From Oscillatoriales cyanobacterium (GTDB taxonomy: Bacteria > Cyanobacteriota > Cyanobacteriia > Cyanobacteriales > Microcoleaceae), in the NCBI GenBank assembly GCA_004294385.1, contig REAP01000032.1:4098-68097 (forward strand): DNA of 64,000 nt, read 5' to 3'. Position 1 is the stretch's first letter; every line of letters starts with the position of its first letter. Positions 17,938-26,702 of this stretch are shown here, piece after piece. The position numbers were made by a program, and so were the translations under genes. Below the pieces are notes generated by a model, which had not been told where the DNA came from, made no database searches, and saw nothing but the letters and a program-made list of their open reading frames with translations.

Positions 17938-17985
17938 AGTTTTTTACGGTAGTTTTTACTTAAATTAGTAGATGCTAATTATTTT

Positions 17986-18150
17986 AATTGCGAATTGGGA
18001 ATTGGGAATTGCGAATTGCGAATTGCGAATTGGGAATTGGGAATTGCAAATTGCAAATTGCTAATTTGTTAGTTTTATTACCGATTCCCGATTCCCGATT
18101 CCCGATTACCGATTCCCCATTCCCGATTCCCCATTCCCCATTCCCAAATT
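17986..18150. repeat. Two oppositely oriented heptamer blocks (AATTG[G/C]G and ATTCCC[G/C])
   Basis: 17986-18066 and 18084-18150 form imperfect inverted blocks between nrtC and nrtB. Confidence 0.8.
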
Positions 18151-19020
18151 CTACTTCTGTTCTTCAGGAACAACTTTGGATGCGACGAAACCTACAAGTC
18201 TATCGAGAATCAAACCGACAATTCCGACATAAACCACAGCCAGAATCACCGCGCTGAGTCGAGAACTATTATAAGAATCCCAGATGAAGAAACCGATGCC
18301 GACCCCACCGACCAACATTTCCGCAGCTACAATTGCCAGCCAAGATAAACCGATACCAATTCTTAAGCCTGTGAAGATGTAAGGAACTGAAGAAGGGAGC
18401 AGGATTTTCCAGAAGTATTTTTGGTTGGGAAGGCGCAATACACGGGCGACGTTTCTGTAATCTTGGGGTATTTGTTGAACGCCTACTGTCGTGTTAATTA
18501 GAATCGGCCAAATTGCTGTAATCAAGATTACGAAAAGTGCCGAAACTTCGTTAGCTTTCATCCCCAGCCCTTCAAAGGGATTGAACTGTTGAAAGACTGC
18601 TAGTGCGATCGGTAGCCAAGCCAGTGGCGGGATAGTTCTGAATACTTGAAACAGCGGGTCTAAAGCATCGAACATTAAAGAGTTTGTGCCGATTAATATC
18701 CCCAAACCAATGCCAAGCACTGCTGCTAGAGTAAAGCCGATCGCCACCCGCTGCAAGCTAGCCGCAAGTTGCCAAAACAAGCCTTTGTCGGTGCCACCTC
18801 TGTCAAAGAACGGATTGACAATCAATTCCCAGCTTTCTTGGACAGCTTTGATTGGTCCCGGCAAAGTGGACTCTGGACTGTGGCAGAGGATTTGCCAAAC
18901 TACGAGTAGAACTGTAATTGCTACCAGTGGACGGAGTATTTTTTGGCGATTTTTCTGAAGCTGATTCAGAACGTAATTTACAGGATTTTTGCTTTTAGAA
19001 ACAGAGAGATTAGTTGCCAT
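18151..19020 (-). CDS. nrtB: Nitrate/nitrite ABC transporter permease
   Basis: SLQRVAIGF, FRTIPPLAWLPIAL, IWPILINTTVGVQQIP, FTGLRIGIGLSWLAIVAAEM. Confidence 0.95.
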   Translation of the reverse strand: MATNLSVSKSKNPVNYVLNQLQKNRQKILRPLVAITVLLVVWQILCHSPESTLPGPIKAVQESWELIVNPFFDRGGTDKGLFWQLAASLQRVAIGFTLAAVLGIGLGILIGTNSLMFDALDPLFQVFRTIPPLAWLPIALAVFQQFNPFEGLGMKANEVSALFVILITAIWPILINTTVGVQQIPQDYRNVARVLRLPNQKYFWKILLPSSVPYIFTGLRIGIGLSWLAIVAAEMLVGGVGIGFFIWDSYNSSRLSAVILAVVYVGIVGLILDRLVGFVASKVVPEEQK

Positions 19021-19082
19021 TTGTCTGTTTGGTATGAAAAATTAATAGTGAATAGATCATTACTTTTAGTAGATGCTTCGAC

Positions 19083-19248
19083 GTGCTAATGGTTGACTTT
19101 AATTGATCAACCATTAGCACTTAGTCTGGGTGCATCTCAGTTTTGCAAATATATTAGTAGGGGCGAAGCATGACCGCAGTAAATCTCTGCTTATCACTAA
19201 TAAATTGTCTGCGGTCATGCTTCGCCCTTACAACATTGAGATGCACCC
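19083..19248. repeat. Nested stem-loops between nrtA and nrtB
   Basis: gtgctaatggttga/tcaaccattagcac; gggtgcatctca/tgagatgcaccc enclosing gtaggggcgaagcatgaccgcag/ctgcggtcatgcttcgcccttac (GTAG-type palindrome). Confidence 0.8.
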
Positions 19249-19265
19249 CTTAGTCTCTTACCTGA

Positions 19266-20594
19266 TTATGCCTTTTTGATTGCCAGACCCTTCAAATATT
19301 CTTCGGGCTTATCTGGGTCAAACTTCACGCCATCAAAGAAAGTTTCGACACCGCGAGAAGTGGTAGCCGGAATTTGAGCGGCGGGAACACCAATTGCTGT
19401 CGCTGCTGCTTTCCAAATATCCTCGCGGTTAACTTTATCAACCGTGGCTTTGATGTCGGTAGTTGCCGGTATATAACCCCAGCGAATATTTTCGGTGATG
19501 AACCAAGCATCGTGACTCTTATAAGGATAGGAAGCATTATCTGCCCAGAATTTCATCGCTACTAAACTGGCGGCTTCTGTACGACCAGTACCGTAGTCAA
19601 TTTGTCCTTTCATGCGACCAATAATGTCTGCCATCGGCACTTTCAACCACTTATCTTGAGAGATGATTTGGCACATTTCATCTTTATTTTCTGGCTTGTC
19701 GCACCACTGTTGGGCTTCCAAGACAGCCATAGTAATTGCTTTAGCAGCTTTCGGATTTTTGGCAACCCAATCTGCTCTTAAAGTCAAGGCTTTTTCTGGG
19801 TGGTCTTTCCAAAGTTCTCCGGTTACTAAGGCGGTGTATCCCACCTTTTGAGTAACTAGCTGGGCATTCCAAGGTTCACCTACACAAAAAGCTTCCATGC
19901 TGCCGGATTTCATGTTGGCTACCATTTGGGGTGGCGGTACTGGAATCACGGCAACATCTGTATCTGGATTGATGCCGCCTGCTGCTAACCAATAGCGCAT
20001 CCACAAGTCGTGGGTGCCACCGGGAAAGGTGATCGCAATTTTTTGTTGAGCCAAAGCTGCTTTCAGGGGGGCGCTGTCAGTACCTACTTTTAAATCTAGG
20101 TATTTTTTGCTAATGGAAATTGCCTGGCCGTTAGTATTTAACCGCGCCACAATGTTCATCGGCACTGGCTGATTACCTTTGGTAATAGTGCCTAATGTCA
20201 TCTGGTAAGCCATCGGGGACAAAATGTGAGCTCCGTCAATGCCACCTTTATCGGAACCGAGTTCTAAGTTGTCGCGTGTAACTGGCCAAGATGCTTGCTT
20301 GTTAATTTGTACGTCTTTCATGCCGTACTTGGCAAATAGCCCTTTTTCTTGAGCAATGATTAAGGGTGCTGAGTCAGTCAGGGCGATGAATCCGAGTTTG
20401 ACTGTGGTAACTTCAGGGGCATCGGCGGGGTTGATACTGACCGCAGGTGCCGGAGTGGCAGAGGAAGGGGAAGCGCTAGGAGTAGGACTGCTGCTAGTAT
20501 TGCTGGAACCGGAACTGCAACCGTGGGCTAGGAGAGTACCGGCTGCTGTGGTTCCGGCGGCGATGATGAATTTTCTTCTAGAAAGGTTGCTCAT
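19266..20594 (-). CDS. nrtA: Nitrate/nitrite-binding lipoprotein
   Basis: SRRKF Tat-like leader and LAHGC lipobox; KLGFIALTDSAPLII; GGTHDLWMRYWLAAGGINP; CVGEPWN. Confidence 0.95.
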   Translation of the reverse strand: MSNLSRRKFIIAAGTTAAGTLLAHGCSSGSSNTSSSPTPSASPSSATPAPAVSINPADAPEVTTVKLGFIALTDSAPLIIAQEKGLFAKYGMKDVQINKQASWPVTRDNLELGSDKGGIDGAHILSPMAYQMTLGTITKGNQPVPMNIVARLNTNGQAISISKKYLDLKVGTDSAPLKAALAQQKIAITFPGGTHDLWMRYWLAAGGINPDTDVAVIPVPPPQMVANMKSGSMEAFCVGEPWNAQLVTQKVGYTALVTGELWKDHPEKALTLRADWVAKNPKAAKAITMAVLEAQQWCDKPENKDEMCQIISQDKWLKVPMADIIGRMKGQIDYGTGRTEAASLVAMKFWADNASYPYKSHDAWFITENIRWGYIPATTDIKATVDKVNREDIWKAAATAIGVPAAQIPATTSRGVETFFDGVKFDPDKPEEYLKGLAIKKA

Positions 20595-20641
20595 GTGTCT
20601 TGAATTGTTGGTGTACTTGAGATTATTTGAGATTTGTGTAA

Positions 20642-22516
20642 TTAGGCATCGATCGCAACTTTGCCGATCGCCCGCGCACTACAAGTTAGAATAAACCCTG
20701 ATTCTATATCCTTGAGTGCGTCGAGTTCCCCGTCGTAGGCGATATCGCCTTCTAGGAGTTTCTGCTTGCAAGTGCCGCAGTTTCCCGAACGGCAATCGCT
20801 GTCCAGTTCCACTCCGGCACGTTCGGCAACGTCGAGGATAAACTCATCTTCTCTGCAAGCAACTTCTTTGCCCGATCGCGCGAAAATGACAGTAGATGTC
20901 AGAGGTTTCGCTACCGGAACACTCGCTTCACCGTCGTCAACCGTCAATAGTAATTGTCGGTTGAGCGAAGCCACATCTCCCGGTATTTTGGAAACCGCCC
21001 CGAACTTATCCACCAAAAGTTGAATCAGTATAGGTTTGAGGTCTTCACAGGGAATACTTTTTTGGACGCAAGTACCCAAATGAGCATCTTTGCCGACTGT
21101 ACCTCCCATATAAATATCAACACCTTCGAGAGTCTTCCCATTCTTGCGAACCTTTGTCCCCATGAAACCAATGTCTGCTACTTGAGGTTGGGCGCAAGAA
21201 TTGGGACAACCAGTCCAGTGAATTCTCACTGGTTTAGGTATTGACAATTCAGCCTCTAGTTCCTTAATCATTGCCACAGACCGGCTTTTGGTTTCGATGA
21301 GGGCGAAGTTGCAAAAGTTGGAACCTGTGCAGGACACCAAGGCTCGTGTTAGGGGTGCGGGGTCGATCGAAAAACGCTCTAACAGCGGTTCTTTGAGCAA
21401 TGATTCAATCCGCGATTCAGGAACATTGGGAATAATCACGTTTTCTTCGACAGTCAGTCTGAGTTCACTGCTGCCATAAACGTCGGCGATTCTTGCCAAG
21501 TCGAACAAATCCGCTGCGGAAAGTCGGCCGACGGGAACGTGCAAACCTACATACTTTAATCCTGATTGTTTTTGGTCATAAATGCCGATGTGATCGCGTT
21601 TATCCCAGATAATCTCATCTTTTGCCGCAGCCGTCCGCAAAGCACGGCCTAATTCCTGTTCGACTTCGGCTCGAAATTGTTCGATTCCCAACTCATCAAT
21701 CAGCCACATCAGGCGTGATTTTTGGCGGTTGGCTCTTGGCCCGCGATCGCGATACACAGTTAATATAGCCTTGCACAAATCCACAACATCGTTAGGACTT
21801 GCCCAGACGTTGAGGGGAATTGCAGCTTCGCAGCGTTTTGCCGAGAAGAAACCGCCGACTAAAACATTGAAGCCAATATTGCCATCTGTGTAAGCCGGAA
21901 CAAAAGCGATATCGTTGATTTCAGCGTGAACTGAATTATCGCGACAGCCTGCGATCGCAATATTAAACTTTCTCGGTAAATTGGAAAAAGCTGGATTACC
22001 TTCGCCACAATTGGTAATCATGTCTTGGACTTCGATCGCCAATTCCCGCGTATCGAACAGTTCGTCCGCGTCTAAGCCTGCTACTGGCGAACCTGTAATA
22101 TTTCGCACATTGTCCATACCCGACTGGATGCTAGTTAAGTCAACTTCCTTGAGGCGACGAAAAATATCTGGCAAGTCTTCGATGCGAATGCCACGCAGTT
22201 GCAGATTTTGTCTAGTGGTGATGTCAGAGCTGCCATCATCTCCGTAGCGCTGTACGATTTCTCCCAGAGTTCTGGTTTGATTGCTAGTGATGATGCCGTT
22301 CGGCAAGCGCAGCCGCATCATGAACTTTCCGGGCGTGACTGGCCGAAAGAAGATACCGAGCCATTTGAGGCGGTGCTCGCGGTCTGTTGCGTCCATTGCT
22401 TCCCAGCCAATTTCGGCGAAGTTGTCCAGTTCCGCTTTGACTGCTAACCCGTCTTTTTCGGCTTTGAGTTTTTCAAATTTGTTGAGGCTGGCTTTGGGTT
22501 CTACTGTTTGGGTCAT
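20642..22516 (-). CDS. nirA: Ferredoxin-nitrite reductase with C-terminal 2Fe-2S ferredoxin domain
   Basis: MMRLRLPNG, TTRQNLQLR, LPRKFNIA, CTGSNFC...TGCPNSC siroheme/4Fe-4S ligands; C-terminal CRSGNCGTC...LTC. Confidence 0.95.
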   Translation of the reverse strand: MTQTVEPKASLNKFEKLKAEKDGLAVKAELDNFAEIGWEAMDATDREHRLKWLGIFFRPVTPGKFMMRLRLPNGIITSNQTRTLGEIVQRYGDDGSSDITTRQNLQLRGIRIEDLPDIFRRLKEVDLTSIQSGMDNVRNITGSPVAGLDADELFDTRELAIEVQDMITNCGEGNPAFSNLPRKFNIAIAGCRDNSVHAEINDIAFVPAYTDGNIGFNVLVGGFFSAKRCEAAIPLNVWASPNDVVDLCKAILTVYRDRGPRANRQKSRLMWLIDELGIEQFRAEVEQELGRALRTAAAKDEIIWDKRDHIGIYDQKQSGLKYVGLHVPVGRLSAADLFDLARIADVYGSSELRLTVEENVIIPNVPESRIESLLKEPLLERFSIDPAPLTRALVSCTGSNFCNFALIETKSRSVAMIKELEAELSIPKPVRIHWTGCPNSCAQPQVADIGFMGTKVRKNGKTLEGVDIYMGGTVGKDAHLGTCVQKSIPCEDLKPILIQLLVDKFGAVSKIPGDVASLNRQLLLTVDDGEASVPVAKPLTSTVIFARSGKEVACREDEFILDVAERAGVELDSDCRSGNCGTCKQKLLEGDIAYDGELDALKDIESGFILTCSARAIGKVAIDA

Positions 22517-22582
22517 GGGTTTACCCTCACGGTTGATTTGTTTGGGGAGCTATTGACTTGGGGCATAGATGGGTTTCCGTTA

Positions 22583-22624
22583 ACCTTAGTGACTCTAATG
22601 ATTTAAAACTGTATATCTAGTTAC
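22583..22624 (-). promoter_or_regulatory. NtcA-activated promoter (proximal) for nirA
   Basis: Minus strand GTAactagataTAC-N22-TAaggT, exact GTA-N8-TAC-N22-TAN3T geometry. Confidence 0.85.
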
Positions 22625-22642
22625 TCGATTCGATCAAATCTA

Positions 22643-22657
22643 ATTAGCGATGAGTAT
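22643..22657. promoter_or_regulatory. Possible NtcB (LysR) site AT-N11-AT
   Basis: AT-tagcgatgagt-AT about 32 bp upstream of the proximal NtcA box; short motif with appreciable chance probability. Confidence 0.3.
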
Positions 22658-22852
22658 GCTTACTTAATAGCTGCATTTCGATATCCCTTAGTTTTGACAC
22701 TCTCAGGCCTAAAGACACTGAGATTTTACTGACAGAATTAGACTTCGGGTATCACCTAAATCTAATCTCGCTACGACCGTCAAACGCCGTCTACTTAGTC
22801 ACCAATCGTCAAGATTAGGTTTCTAGCTACTTTTGTTTTTTGCTTATGAACT

Positions 22853-22894
22853 AATGTAAAGCTCTTAACAGTAGATATTCGTAGCTATTTTTAC
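22853..22894 (-). promoter_or_regulatory. NtcA-activated promoter (distal) facing nirA
   Basis: Plus-strand GTAgctattttTAC at 22881-22894; minus-strand TAcatT exactly 22 nt downstream. Confidence 0.7.
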
Positions 22895-23190
22895 AAAATG
22901 TTTCAGCTTATGAGATTTTCGCATATTGCCGATGCCATTTCTGCATAAATAATGGGTCAAAAGGCGTACTGAGTCAAAAAACCCTCATAAATCTTTAGAA
23001 TTAGACAAAATAATTAAATAAAATAATTTTGTGACACCGATCGCGGTCTCTGCTCCCTTGGCATCACACACTTAAAGTGCGTACAATCACGTACTTTATG
23101 TAAATTTATCACGTTCTTTAGCATACAAGCATCACCATCAATTTTGGGAGAACCAGAGAAGATAGATGTGTAGAACTCAATAAACATCTC

Positions 23191-23406
23191 ATGTTATTCA
23201 TTCAACTGATTCCCGGCGCAATTTCAGAAATACTTGCCTCTGTCAGTGATACAGGCACTTTGACCATCGCCGATCGCTATGGTTTAATGGCTGCTATTTT
23301 AGATGAAGCCCTCCAAGAGGAAGACAGAAACTCCCTTAACCGTCTGTTGCGCGCTGTGCTGAGGGGACGAGTCAAGATAGTTAATGAACTTTCGGCAATG
23401 ATCTAA
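23191..23406 (+). CDS. Small conserved-looking cyanobacterial hypothetical protein (71 aa)
   Basis: SEILASVSDTGTLTIADRYGLMAAILD...LLRAVLRGRVKIV; typical of small helical Oscillatoriales proteins. Confidence 0.65.
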   Translation: MLFIQLIPGAISEILASVSDTGTLTIADRYGLMAAILDEALQEEDRNSLNRLLRAVLRGRVKIVNELSAMI

Positions 23407-23609
23407 AGTAGGTTGAAACTTTGGGATGACTGCATAATTACTTAAGTACCTTTGTTCAATATTATACTCATCGTTAGCAAAGCTAGATAAATAAATATTT
23501 TTGGACTTAAACAGTGTTCATATCTTTACCAAAACTTTAAGAAAAGTTCCTACTATTTGTGATTAAATAAAAGTTAATGCAACGAAATTTCGTATTAATT
23601 AAAAAATAA

Positions 23610-24491
23610 ATGAATTCAACTCCTAAAACCCTCATGCGATGGATTTGCTCAGGGGCTATCTTTTGTGCAATGGCTTCCGTCAATCAACCACAAGCAGTCG
23701 CAGCCACCCTATCTAACGGCTGGAATTATGCGATCGACTCCTTCGACGACGGTGTGACAGGCGCTCAAATTGGTGGCGGCGAATTTGAATTTTACGGTAT
23801 CGCCATCAAAGAAACATCCGATACCGCTTTCATCGCGATCAACTCCAATCTAAGTTTAGCAGGATATGCCGATCCATTCGCCCAAAGAGGCAACATCAAC
23901 TACGGCGATTTGTTCTTCAATTTTTCCGGTCAAGATTTTAACACAGCTAACGCAAACGGTAGCTTATTTGGTATTCGGTTTGCAGAAGGAAATGACTCAG
24001 GCGTAGCCACAACAGGCATTTACAGCAACGTCACTGCTAAAAACGTCACCGAAATAAACTCTGGTTTTAGTAACTTAGATAGATATAATACTCGTGTTCA
24101 ATCAGCAGGTGGAACCCCGTCAATGGGTGATTTATCTGCCACAGACCCCTACTTCGAGCAAACAGGAAATGGGACTGTTCTGAACTCAATTGCTACGGGT
24201 ACAAAAGTCGGAGAAATTAGTTTTCTCACACCAGCAGCTTTGAGTGTTCTTGGTCTAAATTTTGGTCAGTTTAAGGCTACAGGTTCTCAAACAATTGGAT
24301 TCAGTTTCAATAAATCCGCCATGCCTTCTGGGAACTATATTGCTAACTTTTTTGCGGAATGTGCTAATGATGCGATCGCGATTAAAAGCTCCTTTACAAA
24401 AGAATCTTCTGAACCCGTACCAGAACCATCTACAATTTTTGGTACTTTAGCCGGACTTAGTATCTTAGCAGCAAAACGCAAATTGAAGTAA
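23610..24491 (+). CDS. PEP-CTERM exosortase-dependent surface protein (XDD3-like)
   Basis: Signal peptide; NGWNYAIDSFDDG...EFYGIAI; C-terminal VPEPSTIFGTLAGLSILAAKRKLK. Confidence 0.85.
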   Translation: MNSTPKTLMRWICSGAIFCAMASVNQPQAVAATLSNGWNYAIDSFDDGVTGAQIGGGEFEFYGIAIKETSDTAFIAINSNLSLAGYADPFAQRGNINYGDLFFNFSGQDFNTANANGSLFGIRFAEGNDSGVATTGIYSNVTAKNVTEINSGFSNLDRYNTRVQSAGGTPSMGDLSATDPYFEQTGNGTVLNSIATGTKVGEISFLTPAALSVLGLNFGQFKATGSQTIGFSFNKSAMPSGNYIANFFAECANDAIAIKSSFTKESSEPVPEPSTIFGTLAGLSILAAKRKLK

Positions 24492-24497
24492 GTACCG

Positions 24498-24683
24498 GAA
24501 TCATATAGAGTCCAAGGCAATGCCGTGTCCCTACCAAAAATAATATTGTAGGGACACAACACTGTTGTGTCCTCATTTCCGGTAAGCACCCCAATCACAT
24601 AGAATCACATAGAGTCCAAGGCAATGCCGTTTCCCTACCGAAAATAATATTGTAGGGACACAACACTGTTGTGTCCTCATTTC
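24498..24683 (+). repeat. 82-bp direct duplication built of GTAGGGACAC-type palindromes
   Basis: 24498-24579 and 24602-24683 are near identical. Confidence 0.85.
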
Positions 24684-26654
24684 TTAATCCTCTAGGCTGA
24701 AATCCGCAGCATTAATCAGGCTAGCAGTCACCCCATTTAGAGAAGCTAAAATCTCTCCGGTTGTTGATAAACGGATGAAAGTTGAAGTATTTTCTTGGGT
24801 AATTAACAATCGTGAAAAATTTAGTCCGCTACCCAAGACTAACAAGTCTTGTCCGACTTCAAAGTCAGTAATAATATCAATGTCGGAATTGATAGATAAT
24901 AAAAAGCGATCTCTCCCCAAACCTCCAATCAAACAATCATTTCCCAAGCTGCCAGATAGAGTATCATTGCCCTTGCCACCATAGAGAGTGTCATTCCCTT
25001 CACCGCCAATGAGACTATCAGAACCCCGATCGCCCATCAAAACATCATCACCATTACCTCCAAGCAAAGTATCATTGCCCTTGCCACCATAGAGACTGTC
25101 ATCCCTTTGGCTACCATCGAGATAATCATTTCCTAAATCGCCGTACATCCGATCGCTGCCATCAAAGCCGATGATGGTATCATTTCCCTCTTTACCGCTG
25201 ATGGTATCGTTGCTGCGATTTCCTGCCAGGAAATCGTCACCATCAGTACCGATAATTGGTGTTGGCATAACTGCTTCTGTACTCGTGCTGGGTTTAGCAA
25301 GCCAAATATCATTACCGCCTGCATTGGGACCTCCCAAAGAGCCCTTAGTGTCTCCAATCAAATAGACATTGCCAGCGCGATCGAGTTCTAAGTTAAACGT
25401 CTCGCCAGATTCCTCAGTTCCGAATTGCCGGAACCACAACCGATCGCCATTACTGTCATACTTAGTTGCCCAAATATCTGTACTGCCTGTATAGGGGCCT
25501 GCCAAAGCATCCTTGGTTTTTCCCGTCAGGTAGAGATTGCCAGCACTATCTACTACTAAGTCTGAGGGAGAATCATTTTCACGACTGCCGAATTGCTGGA
25601 GCCACAATCGATCGCCATTGCTGTCGTACTTAGCTGCCCAAATATCTAGATTGCCTGCATTAGGACTTCCCAAATCACCCTTGGTTGCTCCCGTCAGGTA
25701 GAGATTGTCAGCACTATCCACTACTAACTCTGAGGGATAATCATCTTCACGACTCCCAAATTGCTGGACCCACAATCGCTCGCCATTGCTGTCGTACTTA
25801 GCCGTCCAAATATCTAGATTGCTGGCATTGGTGTCTGCCAAAGCTCCCATCAAGTAGAGATTGTTAGCGCTATCGAGTGCTAAGTCTGAGAGCCATTGTA
25901 CTGCCGTCCCGAATTGCTGGAACCACAACTGATTGCCATTGCTGTCGTACTTAGTCGCCCAAGTGTTAGTACCATCAACCACTGGCGGTAGACTGAGGTT
26001 TAAATATCTATTAAAGTTTTTCCCCACCACGTAGAGATTGCCGCTGCTGTCCACCTTAATGCCATAGGGGTATGTTCCTGCTATGCCAATGGGGAATTTG
26101 TCGTCGCTGCCAGACTCGACTTTCTTCAACCACAACTGGTTGCCACTGCCGTCATACTTAGCGATCCAAGTCCTTCTGAGGCCTTGGACTCTAGGTGCAC
26201 TAGGTGAAAATTCTGTTCCCGTCAGGTAGACATTGCCAGCATTATCCACTGCTATGCCGGATGGATACTCATCATATTCTGTAAAGTTGAACTCCTCGAG
26301 CCACAACTGGTTGCCGGTGCTGTCATACTTAGCTACCCAAGCGTCCTTTTGCTCAAGAAACATGGTAGTATTGGTTCTTCCTGCGAGGTAGACATTGCCC
26401 GCACTATCTACTGTCGCTCTCGCTCCGCTCAAAGATCGATTCGTTAATTGCTTGACCGACCACAACTGATTGCCACCGGCATCATATTTGGTTATCCAGC
26501 TATTGCTAGTTGGATTTGTGCGACCAAAAAGGCCGTAGACCTCTCCTATCAGATAGAGATTGCCTGCACTGTCAAATACTATGTCTCGGAGGCTATCCCC
26601 ACCGGGTGTGCCGAATTGTTTGAGCCATTCAAAGTTAGATGTTAATTGTGTCAT
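24684..26654 (-). CDS. SBBP beta-propeller repeat protein with RTX Ca-binding repeats
   Basis: Repeated VDSAGNLYLTG...DIWAAKYDSNGD.LW.QQFG units; GGxGxDxLxG nonapeptides at the C-terminus. Confidence 0.85.
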   Translation of the reverse strand: MTQLTSNFEWLKQFGTPGGDSLRDIVFDSAGNLYLIGEVYGLFGRTNPTSNSWITKYDAGGNQLWSVKQLTNRSLSGARATVDSAGNVYLAGRTNTTMFLEQKDAWVAKYDSTGNQLWLEEFNFTEYDEYPSGIAVDNAGNVYLTGTEFSPSAPRVQGLRRTWIAKYDGSGNQLWLKKVESGSDDKFPIGIAGTYPYGIKVDSSGNLYVVGKNFNRYLNLSLPPVVDGTNTWATKYDSNGNQLWFQQFGTAVQWLSDLALDSANNLYLMGALADTNASNLDIWTAKYDSNGERLWVQQFGSREDDYPSELVVDSADNLYLTGATKGDLGSPNAGNLDIWAAKYDSNGDRLWLQQFGSRENDSPSDLVVDSAGNLYLTGKTKDALAGPYTGSTDIWATKYDSNGDRLWFRQFGTEESGETFNLELDRAGNVYLIGDTKGSLGGPNAGGNDIWLAKPSTSTEAVMPTPIIGTDGDDFLAGNRSNDTISGKEGNDTIIGFDGSDRMYGDLGNDYLDGSQRDDSLYGGKGNDTLLGGNGDDVLMGDRGSDSLIGGEGNDTLYGGKGNDTLSGSLGNDCLIGGLGRDRFLLSINSDIDIITDFEVGQDLLVLGSGLNFSRLLITQENTSTFIRLSTTGEILASLNGVTASLINAADFSLED

Positions 26655-26702
26655 AGTTGGTGTAGTTTCAGAGATTTTACTGGTGCAACAGCTTGCCAGA
26701 CA

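Noticed and set aside
17988-18257. ORFs reading IGNWEL/PIPHSP repeats (also 57359-57723)
   Set aside because: Translations of STRR heptamer tracts.
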